DNA from: Neodothiora populina
Lineage: Eukaryota
Assembly (NCBI RefSeq): GCF_041146345.1
Contig: NW_027191410.1
Location: forward strand, 1,356,366 to 1,376,365
DNA length: 20,000 nt
Direction of reading: 5' to 3'
The notes below the pieces were generated by a model, which worked only from the letters and a program-made list of their open reading frames with translations, searched no databases and was not told where the DNA came from. The position numbers were made by a program, and so were the translations under genes. Positions 10,796 through 20,000 of this stretch are shown here, piece after piece. Each line of letters opens with the position of its first letter. The first letter of the stretch is position 1.

Positions 10796-12331
10796 TGAAA
10801 GGGGGTCTGTCGATTCTCAGCAAGTATAGGCTGGATTGATGTGTTGGGTTTGCTGCGGTTGTCCTTGGAATCCATCTGCTGTATTATAGTCATTGCCATC
10901 ATCTGATGGTTGCAAGGTCTTAATGTTGATGGATTTCATCTCATATCTAGATGGTAAGCTCCTGGCTTGGCCTTTTGTTTCGCAACAACGAGATTCTTGC
11001 GCTATCTGCATGTGCGGAGCACTAGTAGCTGCCTATTTCCAGTCTTTTGGTAAAGCAGGCTCCCTTCAACAACATATATACTATAGATAACAACATGAAG
11101 ACTATGGTACCGTATCCGAGGGCTGCACTCTGCTGAACGCACGGCCATCTGGCCTCATAACCTGATGCTTACCTTGAGACATGCGAGGCCAGTCACATCC
11201 CGACAATGAATGCAAAGACGTCCTAATCCCAGCATACTGGTACTGATAACTTCTCAACCTTTTTTAGTTTTTACAGATACTTGGCGGCTCAAGGGAATAA
11301 GCTAGTTGTGCAGTGATAATCCAGATACGTCCATCCACTACATATTCATGATTGATTAGGATGTTTATACGAGATAATCTTGAGCCTGCAAGCCTGGGAC
11401 TGTCTATCTGACTCCCTGAACAATCTCGTGATTGAACATCCCGAGATCCGTGCCCATTTACAGTTGTCGACTGCCTTGATGATTGCATTTTTCACACTCT
11501 AATCGTAGCCCAATCTCAACAGACGATATGTAAGGTTTGATGCGGCTTGTCATATTTCATATAGCCACCAGCTTGATACAGGGCAAAGGTTGTTCAGTAT
11601 TCTGCGACGGCTCAAGGAGTTCGATATATGATCAGATGAGATCGGCAATGTGCACTTTTTCATTACACGAAGATGCTAAAACAGAGTCCTCTCGCACTGT
11701 GCAGACGACCCACAGTTCTGGTTCTGCATGTTTAGCTCGTTGGAAGTGATGTTCCGTTATTGATTAGGCCGCCAACACTGCCCCACAATTCATGTATATG
11801 GCCTTATATAATGAGCCGTGCAACGTTAATGCAGACATGAATCCGCGTCTCGCCTGCAGACGAGTAGAATAAGGCGACTGCGGGATTTCGGCCTATTAGT
11901 AGACGAGAGAAGAGGTATTTTAATGCAAAACACCGGTTGCAAAGCTATGTAGTATATTGATGTCTGGAGCAAGTACAATGCGCTATCGAGACCATGATAG
12001 CACGGCTGACTCGAGTACGCAATTGATTTTCCGCAATGATATTACGCGTGTATGTACTAACGATAACACAGCATGCGATCACGAGCTAAGAAGTTGACCA
12101 AGTGCTACTCAATAGCTAGTGTGGGTCAAATGCTGGAATGTATGCCAATACGGAGGTTATGACCTTGAGGTTACGAAGGGCATGAGTATTTCTTATCTGA
12201 TCCGGCCGAGCAGTGTTGCTATATTGCTTCGCAAAGGTATTTATTTATGATTCTCTGTTGACCCTCCATCAGGTCTTTCTATTAGCTCTGCTATGTTTTG
12301 TGAGCACTGAAGCTTCGAACTTCAAGTAACA

Positions 12332-14205
12332 ATGATCTCCAAAGGCGAGACCGTCTATGTTCTCGCAGATGAGCAAGCTGGTGATGCACATGAGCTCACG
12401 GAGCAAGACGAGCAGACTCAAAAAGTCATTAAACCCGTATCGCTCAAATATTGAGGTACAAGAGCAGATGAAAGAGATATGCATGTATTAGGTAAAGATC
12501 AAGTCCTGCGTGTAAGTGTACTGACACTTTACCATGTACTATACCAAGCTGACTTCCGATAGCGCAACTTCAAGTTCTTGACTATGCTGGGCTTCGCAAG
12601 TACCGTCATGGCTTCGTGGGAACTACTACTGCCGTGAGCTAGGGCAGTCTGCTTCACGATCGACCAGAGAGCGCTGACTATGACTCCAGACTCTTCAGCT
12701 TCGCCTTAACTGATGGAGGCACTGCAGTTCTCTTCTGGGGATTTATCGTCTTGACTTTCGTAATGCTTTTGGTCTACGCCAGTATCGCCGAGATGGCATC
12801 TATGTCTCCTACGTCCGGTGGACAGTATCACTGGGTTGCTAAATACTCGCCACCGAAATTTCGAAAGTTTCTCAGCTACATGATCGGTTGGCTGTGCGCA
12901 ATTGGATGGCAGGTCTATCTTGCCGGTGTGTGCTACATAGTTGCCACCATCATCCAAGGTTTGATCGCTCTTAACAATGAAGACTATGTATGGCATAGTT
13001 GGCATGGCACACTCCTGACCATTGCCGTTATCTCCTTTGCGATCTTCTTTAATACCATTCTAGCAGTGCATATGCCACTTCTTGAGGGTAGCGTTTTGAT
13101 ACTGCATCTCGTCGGATTCTTCGCCATTATCATACCTCTTTAAGTCATAGCACCGAGGGCAAGCGCATACGATGCATTAATGAAGTTTACCAACAATAGG
13201 GGGTGGTCATCGACAGGATTGTCTGCAATGATTGGTCTCTCGGCATCTCCGCTCAGCGTTCTTATCGGATATGACTGTTCAGTACACATGTGTGAGTTGC
13301 ACGACTTCATCTTCACCTGTTCAATTTGATCTTTCTTTAATTTCCATAAGACTGATTGAGTTTCGGAGAAATAGCGGAAGAGATTCAGGACGCATCTCTC
13401 ACCTTACCCAGGGCAATAATGTGGTCTGTCGGTCCGAATGCCTTTCTTGGCTTTATTATGGCTGTCACGTTGTGCTTCACTCTCGGCGATGTTAACAACA
13501 TTCTTGCAACACCGACTAGGCAACCATTCATCCAGATCTTCTATAACGCGACACGTAGCCTCCTAGGAACAGATGTCATATGTACGGTAGTCATTGTGAT
13601 GCTGTGCTCATGCTGCGTTAGCGAAGTCGCTACTGCCTCGCGCCAGATATGGTCCTTTGCTAGAGACCGAGGTTTGCCAGGATCAAGCTGGCTTGCGACT
13701 GTGAGTAATAGTCTTACTCATACGGAAATAAGTGTGGATCGAATATAGATATCGACTAACCTTGCTGCAGGTAACGCCGGGCTGAAACATTCTAGTGCGA
13801 GCTGTCAGTGTTTCTTTCGTCGTTACATCACTGCTGGCTTGCATCAATCTAGGTTCATTAGTCGCTCTTAATGCGATCAACTCGCTGGGCGGTGTCTCCA
13901 TTCTGACATCTTACATCATAACTATCGGCTGTCTAATATGGAAACGACTATATGGTCCACCTCTACCTCCTCATAGATGGTCCTTAGGCAAATATGGTCT
14001 TCCGATTAACATCGCAGCCCTCGTGCTACTGTTACCTATATGGTTCTTCGTGTTCTGGCTGTTGGCGACCCCGGTGACTGCGGCAGGAATGAACTGGTCG
14101 AGTACTATGTTTGGCGGTATCATAATAATCGCGCTAATATATTATCTCCTTAAAGGGAGGCAAGAGTATATTGATTCCGTGGCGCTGATGAAAAGGGAGA
14201 CGTGA
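12332..14205 (+). pseudogene. APC-superfamily amino-acid/choline/GABA permease (ACT family), 3 premature stops
   Basis: Exons 12332-12511, 12563-12633, 12690-13291, 13375-13700 and 13771-14205 with canonical GT-AG introns. Motifs: LGKDQVLRRNF, SIAEMASMSPTSGGQYHWV, GYDCSVHMSEEIQDAS, ATASRQIWSFARDRGLP, MNWSS. In-frame stops: TGA 12452, TAA 13141 (IPLW position) and TGA 13783. Confidence 0.9.
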
Positions 14206-15288
14206 ATGCACCTCTACAGCAAAAGCAGATGGGAAGAATGCATGTAGTCAGAGAACGAGACTATTCTGCACCACGACGACCTATAAATACAGCCGATATC
14301 ACGATAGTACCGTTTGAAGTAGACCGAACCCGAATGTGGTTGGGCATCGTGCGAATGAAATTGTGGGAAGCGACCTAGAAGATGACAATAAGCATCTCAA
14401 TCCGCGAGCCTCATTCTTTCGCGAGATGACCGAACGTCTGGTTGAAGAATACGCAAGATAATGATGTCGATCCAACCCCAACTCAATCCTTACAACACCT
14501 TATCTGCGTGAAGGATCCGGCATAGCGAAACAATGGCTGATACCACGCCTCACGTCTCCGAGTTGGCAAGAGTCTTAAGAACACTTTCAATTCGCCTCGA
14601 TCACATAGAGGATTAATAAAGGTTTGTACAGACTACGTATCGTCAGACGTCTTGTTGACGATGTTGTAATCGACATCTCTTCACTTTGGCCCACCCGAGT
14701 TGTGACTTTCCATCAAGATGTGTGTTTCAACAGGTCTGGCAGCAAGGTCGAGCTTGCGACGACCAGGTACCCCGCATCAGGCTAACCCCCATACGAACCA
14801 TCAGCAATCCGGCATCTTCGTATAATTTGAACTCTCCATCGATTTCTCGAAGTTCGGGTTGAGATACCACTTGAATTGCAACCTTCGTGCTTACCACGAG
14901 TTCCGCAGGAAAAGATCCTTGTGCGATCGGCAAACGATTTTAGTCTCTATACAATTCTTTTCCATTCTGCGTAAGTTCATGCCCTGAAAGCTAGCAGGGT
15001 TGTGGTACCCAGCGGGGCATATACATGCAACATGCAGTTATCTCATATTGACAGACGTTTATGTCTCGATGATAAAGATTGCTTCCGCTGGCCCCCGAGG
15101 CGCTATACCCTTTTCGGATGCTCGGTAAGATGCAATATCCAGAGTGCTATCGCATCGCAATCTATATGCCTCGCAAACATAAAAGGCAGATGCTATGGTC
15201 ATCTCACGTACAAGACCATATGTACGACTGAAGCTTATCGATCACTCATGTCCATTGATTTTTCAGAGCTCGACTCGGTTCTACAAAC

Positions 15289-16017
15289 ATGACAACTGAA
15301 GGATCGATCGCGGGCCGCGAATTGTTCGACGGCCTTAACAAAGCATACGAGGATGCTTATCAAAACAACCCGTCCAAAACTGCTATTGTCTCCCATGCAA
15401 TCTCTCTTTTACAAACTCCAGCAAACTTTAAGTCATCCATCCGGGTACTGGATGTTGGTTGTGGTACGGGCGTACCGGTCAGCCAGATGCTCGCTAATGC
15501 GGACTTCGAAGTCCGTGGCTTCGATATCGCACCAACGATGGTTGTCCTTGCTGGATCTCGAGTACAGGGCAACTTCACAGTGGGGGACATGTTGACGTAT
15601 AAGCCCCAGGACGACTTTGCGGGGGTCTTCATGATCTTCGCGCATCTCCAACTGACATATGCCGATTTTCATGCCGCCTGCTTCAAGTTCGCGCAGGCAT
15701 TACAGCCAGGTGGCTTGCTCGTTATTGGACAAATGCCTGCAGATAATTATGTCACAGACGAGAGAGCCTACGACCATAGTCGTTCTTGGGTTGAGAACTA
15801 CGACGCCCCTTTCATGGGCAAGCCGCTTCCAACATTCATGATGACAGCACAGGGTCAGAGGAACTTCTTAACGAGTATGGGTCTGCAGATCGTGAAGGAA
15901 ACTCTAGAAGTATTCCAGCCTGAGAATCCCATATGTGCACCGGAAGACCAGCAATACATCATTGCAAGAAGGCCCGGGAGTGATTCGTTAAAGCCTCCGC
16001 AACCGTTGCCTCGTTAG
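15289..16017 (+). CDS. Class I SAM-dependent methyltransferase, 242 aa, intronless, intact
   Basis: Uninterrupted ORF with motif I VLDVGCGTG, post-I GFDIAPTMV, GDM, and motif III ALQPGGLLVI. Good start context (CAAACATG). Confidence 0.92.
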   Translation: MTTEGSIAGRELFDGLNKAYEDAYQNNPSKTAIVSHAISLLQTPANFKSSIRVLDVGCGTGVPVSQMLANADFEVRGFDIAPTMVVLAGSRVQGNFTVGDMLTYKPQDDFAGVFMIFAHLQLTYADFHAACFKFAQALQPGGLLVIGQMPADNYVTDERAYDHSRSWVENYDAPFMGKPLPTFMMTAQGQRNFLTSMGLQIVKETLEVFQPENPICAPEDQQYIIARRPGSDSLKPPQPLPR

Positions 16018-16431
16018 TAGGCATGAATGACAGCCCGACTCTAGACATCACCATAGTATTTTGCATACCATAATACGTTGTCGAATAGTTTTCCACTGTG
16101 ATGCAAAGATGAGCTAGAAGTTTATTTCCTATCTATTGGTCCATGATCATGTTCATTGCAATCGTCCCCGCTGAAAACCAATAGAAACTCCAAGATGCGG
16201 TCGGCAATAGCACAGTGTGAACCGTTCGTACTATAGAGTTGTCGACATCTCTCTACGCTCGAAGATCGAGCCAGTCTTGCGACGTCGCGCATTTTGAATG
16301 CTAGACTCGAGCCAGAGTAGCTATTCATAATATTTACGACCAGCTATCGAATGTATCTGGGCACTTCTATCAATTGCACGCGGTCGTCGAATCCGATAGG
16401 CTCAATGACTAATATCGAATGGTGTCGTAAA

Positions 16432-16857
16432 TCACAACTTGTCAATGGCCTTGACCGCATCCTCTGCAGTAACGTGAGCGCTAGCAGGGTTGGCACCAGT
16501 CACGATTCTGCTGTCAGTGTAACCGGATGCAGCACAAGGGCGAGGAGGAGCAACATTTGCACGATGTTAGTTCCCTTGTGCGACTCTATCTCATGTAGAC
16601 TTACAGGTAGCACCAGAATCCTCCGCCGCCTTTGCAATCGTGGGTCTGGTCCAGCCATTGATGATATCGAGCACGCCCTCTTCTTCTTCACCTTGAATAG
16701 TGAAGCCGGTAACCTTTTCACCCAAGATATCGACTTTCGTGTAGACAATCAATTATGCCTGGGAATATCGCTTCTCCGTGGCAGCTGATGAAAATGGGTT
16801 AGTATGACATCTATGGAGCATCGTTGTTGAAAAGAAAAACGAGACCTTCACTGCAGA
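16432..16857 (-). pseudogene. DJ-1/PfpI (Hsp31-like, class I glutamine amidotransferase-like) C-terminal fragment
   Basis: SA(V)-intron-CHGEAIFPGIID (Cys codon 16783-16781), then after frameshifting KVTGFTIQGEEEEGVLDIINGWTRPTI...GAT, intron 16604-16557 (acceptor mutated to AA), then YVAPPRP...RIVTGANPASAHVTAEDAVKAIDKL* ending at 16432. The N-terminal half is missing. Confidence 0.8.
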
Positions 16858-18278
16858 ATCACTACGAAGAGCGTTTTGGAAGAACGAGTCTTCGACTACC
16901 ATTGAAGTTGAAGTTAAACCGATGACTGTATTGTGTCAGTATTATATCATTATCGAAAGGACGATGATAACTCACGTATTGGGTGGAAGACGACGCCTGC
17001 CTCGAATATGATGCCCTTTAGCGTGGCGTAACTCGCAGCGCTCTGCGCCTCTATTAAAGAGCCCAGAGACTCTTCACACGCTGTAGCACCTTGCTTGTTG
17101 CTCCGCTCAGTAGCCGGCGTAGTGATAGGCGAGATCTTGGAGGCCCGGTTTAGCACAATCCGATTGCCGATGTAGTCGGGAAGGAATTATGATAGTATTC
17201 CTGCTAAGACGATCGCAGCAGTAGTAGCCTCATGTTCCAGCACATCCAAACATCTGTTTGCGAATAGCAAATCTGGGAGAGTGAATAGCTGGGCATCCGT
17301 AAGTACGATTGAGAACATGAGCGGCTTCGAAAGCTTGCCTACATGGACGAGGGATCCGCAGAGGATCACGCCAGTTTCAAAGTGCTTCAGAACCATGAAT
17401 ATATGCCCACTGGCCTTGAATGTCGTTAGAATAGAAATAAAGATTGGTAGAAGAACGCCCATTGCGCTTGTGGCAATGATTACGAAGAGAAGCCCTGTTC
17501 GTAGTGTGATGCTGTAAGCTTGTTTTATAGTTCCACATTCCTGGGTCGCTTCGTGCTCGCTATCCCCAGCTCCAATGAACTGTCTAGTGAAGTCAGTTAT
17601 AGGTCAGCCTGGATCTGCTCGAGATGTCATAGTCTACATTAGCATGAAAATGACAGCTCTGACCACTGGTCTCTCCTGGCGATGATGGAGCTTCGGTATG
17701 ACTAGTCGCTTCTTCTGCGAGGACTTCGTCTCTATCTGGATCCAAACAAAATATGAGAATGTAAGCCTTAGAGGTCATGATTCATCTAGGGGAACGCACA
17801 ATCCGGGACTAGGGGGGTGGCAGCCGGTATATGCAGTAGGTAAAGCGTCTGCACTAACTAGTGTGGTGCATACCAGATAGTCTGTCATCCCAGCGGTACA
17901 ATAGCTATTATTGTTAATCGAGACGCTTTCCTATATGCTGCGGGGGTCACGGGTCCATCAATGTATCATTCATGTGGCAACCGGACACCGCAGTCACAGG
18001 CACTGTTGTCGATAGGGAGGGCGTGCTTATGACTGCTATTGGAGTTCCTAGGACTAACGAAGTCACAGTGGAACTTGTCAAGGACTTCTACGGTACGGTC
18101 GCTCCATCTCGCTCACAACTGCTAGACTATCGCAAGAGATCTTGGTTCTTAGAATAAGGCACGACCACTTACACAATCCTTTGCGCCGTTACACATGCTG
18201 TTAAAGTATAAGTCTGAGCATTCGTAAAAATGGCAAGAACAGCATCAAAGCTGAAAGATAGACACGTTGCGAGAACAT
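16858..18278 (-). pseudogene. zrfC: ZrfC / Candida Zrt1-type ZIP zinc transporter with His/Cys-rich N-terminal ectodomain; degraded and 3'-truncated
   Basis: Signal-peptide-like start near 18278. Ectodomain repeats TAVSGCHM..YCTAG, AYTGCH..FCLDP and GQSCHFHANVD (cf. CHFHAGVEHC). ZIP TM motifs LRTGLLFVIIATSAMGV, LKHFETGVIL...LVHLF, HEATTAAIVLAG, IFEAGVVFHPI, IGLT...DSFF.TLFVVIL. Stops and frameshifts present; the later TM segments are absent. Confidence 0.85.
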
Positions 18279-18375
18279 GATGAAGGGCGAACGTTTCGTA
18301 GCGTACGATCAGGCGGTGGCGTGGTCTTGATATGCTGATCATCCGAGAAATGCATGTTGGTGAGGTTCATGGCAT

Positions 18376-18667
18376 GCCAAGCCCCAAATACATCTTCTAT
18401 CCGAGGACGAACAGTAAGCGACTCGAGTGTGCACCTTGTCACGTTCAGGATATGTCTTGTTACTTCAACCTGCAATTCCTGCACTGTGAATTGGCAAAAG
18501 TCAGGTATGCCGTCTCCGCATTGGTATGACCCCAAAGTTCCACCTTGATGGTCTGCCAAGCTTATAAATCCCTTGGTATACCCACCCAAAGTTTGTTCTT
18601 GCCCTAAGCATTGCTGTAACCATTGACAGAAAACCGATCGATAGTCGCAAGAGTGTACTCGGCCAAG
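18376..18667. promoter_or_regulatory. Candidate ZafA/Zap1 zinc-response and PacC sites upstream of the ZIP gene
   Basis: ACCTTG (reverse complement CAAGGT) at 18433-18438 and 18542-18547; the second extends to ACCTTGATGGT, one mismatch from the Zap1 ZRE ACCTTNAAGGT. GCCAAG (PacC consensus GCCARG) at 18376, 18555 and 18662. Confidence 0.5.
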
Positions 18668-18985
18668 AAGCAAGTCATCAAAATGCTAGCTGGGCACTTT
18701 TATATTGCGCGTGGCAGGTATCATTGAGCCTTGATTTTTCGTTTACGATGACTGCTTACAAGACAACAGACGCGATGTATAAGTTGGCCCAGAGGCGCTG
18801 CAACGAGTGCACATCTATTCAAGACAAAACCTCGAGCAATCATCAACGATTTGAAGAACCAGGCTTGTTTCGTGGCACTTGCAATGGCTGTGGCCACCCT
18901 TGCGTCGCACATCCAGGAGCACATCCAGTGTGACACAGTCACCACTTTCTTTGGCACAGTCGCGACATCTTATCCTAATTACAAT

Positions 18986-19908
18986 GATTGATTGATTGAT
19001 TGATTGATTAGTCTATCAAGCTATTCACGGTCTTATCGTCCGTATGAGCTGTCCAATGTCGTTCCCTCGTTTTCTTGTCTGTTACTTAGCCTCACGGATA
19101 ATAAAAGAAGAACCTTAACGCCCCTTGTTCCTTAATCGCCACCCTCCTGTTGCTGTGGAGGGATAGCTGCTATCTTAGTTATCTGTTAAAGAAACCGGAC
19201 CATCGCTTTCACTATTTTCAAATTCGGTCTCCATTACTCAAGCGGGCTATTTACTAGCTGATCTGTGTGCATTTCTCTTTTCTTACTGTACCCTCCTAGT
19301 AGAAAGGACAAGTCACCTTATCTGTTCCCTGCTATCTGCTTAAGTTCTGCTTGTATGCTTATTTAGCGCTAGCACCGGAAAAGCACGTAAGCTACTATCT
19401 TGTCTTCCTGCCCGCATTCGCATTTACTACTTTCCTCGACTCTAATCTTTGCTAAATAGGATTGGAGATGAGTATAATTCGTTCTTACTTGTACGAGAAT
19501 ACTTGCTCGCTCGGAGTTTAGCGCTCTGTAAAGCTTAAGCGTGTGCTTGCTTAAGAGAGCTGCATCTAGCCTTTATGTGTATTAACCCTATTTGTTCGTT
19601 CTTAGTGTCTAGGCTTTTAAACGCCTTTGTTCTGCAAGGTCCTTAACGAGAAGTGTTTAAACTACCCCGCTCTCCCTAATTTGGACGTTAGAGTTCCTAA
19701 ATAGTTTCATGCCTGTCTCTGTAGTAGTCTAGGCAGCCTAGTGAGCATATTCGTTTCCTGCATTTTTTATATATGCTAGTACTTAAACAAAGGTTACGTT
19801 AAGTCTACTCCGTTCGGCGTCTCGAAGCGTTTGGAGGGTGCCTTAAAGTGCTTCCCTGCCTCGCTTAGTACTGTTGCCCTTTACTATAGCTTGAAGTGCC
19901 TCTTAGCT
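18986..19908 (-). mobile_element. Tad1-like non-LTR retrotransposon 3' portion (RNase H C-terminal half, CCHC knuckle, 3' UTR, (AATC)6 tail), RIP-inactivated
   Basis: One minus-strand frame reads S*EALQAI...TFV*VLAYIKNAGNEYAH*AA (cf. DSxxAL...WVPxH....GNExADxxA), ILVQVRTNYTHL, CECGQEDKIVAYVLFRC (cf. CxC..ETVxHxLxxC), R*GDLSFLLGGY, with the ORF2 stop at 19134-19132. Many TAA/TAG codons sit at Trp/Gln positions. (GATT)6 at 18986-19009. Confidence 0.9.
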
Positions 19909-19914
19909 GGGGTA

Positions 19915-19988
19915 TTAGGGGTTAGGGTTAGGGTTAGGGTTAGGGTTAGGGTTAGGGTTAGGGTTAGGGTTAGGGTTAGGGTTAGGGG
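19915..19988 (+). repeat. Telomeric repeat tract (TTAGGG)12
   Basis: TTAGGGG (19915-19921), 11 perfect TTAGGG units (19922-19987), then G. G-rich strand on +, the orientation of a right chromosome end. Followed by TGCAGGCGCACG. Confidence 0.97.
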
Positions 19989-20000
19989 TGCAGGCGCACG

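Noticed and set aside
1219..14205. Alternative genetic code or global stop readthrough explaining the in-frame stops
   Set aside because: All three stop codons occur and they replace different residues (Trp, Gln, Arg). The same pattern occurs in the dead LINE, which fits mutation rather than recoding.
14299..14933. Coding-looking fragments (e.g. PNVVGHRANEIVGSDLEDD... on +, ORF 14727..14933 on -)
   Set aside because: Too short, and no homology recognised.
16351..16788. 145-aa plus-strand ORF
   Set aside because: Antisense shadow of the DJ-1/PfpI fragment.
16785..16793. TTT CAT CAG read as the ZIP 'FHQ' TM5 motif
   Set aside because: It lies just after a TACTAAC branch site and ends in CAG directly before the DJ-1 CHG exon, so it is better explained as an intron acceptor.
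18245..18957. Cys/His-containing ORFs as a Pra1/Aspf2 zincophore or small effector
   Set aside because: No signal peptide and no Pra1-type motifs; they lie in the ZIP promoter region.
1..20000. Starship element, CRISPR array, tRNA or rRNA genes
   Set aside because: No tyrosine recombinase captain, repeat-spacer array or recognisable structural RNA is seen in this window.

Overview
Filamentous-ascomycete nuclear DNA (GT-AG introns with CTAAC/CTGAC branch sites, TTAGGG repeats, RIP-like C>T/G>A damage). It looks like a subtelomeric or accessory segment that is mostly decayed genes. The only clearly intact full CDS is a class I SAM-dependent methyltransferase (15289-16017). Seven recognisable pseudogenes or fragments surround it: an alpha/beta hydrolase, a DUF7587-like possible ADP-ribosyltransferase-fold gene, an arylsulfotransferase, a PTH11/rhodopsin-domain membrane protein, an amino-acid permease, a ZrfC-type ZIP zinc transporter and a DJ-1/PfpI (Hsp31-like) C-terminal fragment apparently fused to the ZIP gene by deletion. 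A nested retroelement cluster at 2532-3907 holds a LINE 3' end, one 232-bp LTR and an inverted pair of 198-bp LTRs. A second copy of the same Tad1-like LINE (18986-19908) is cut inside its RNase H domain by a (TTAGGG)12 tract, and 12 non-telomeric bases follow the tract. All family assignments come from hand translation and motif recognition, not database searches. I found no demonstrably new biological system; the most unusual features are the telomere/LINE junction, the ZIP/DJ-1 fusion and the ART-like relic.
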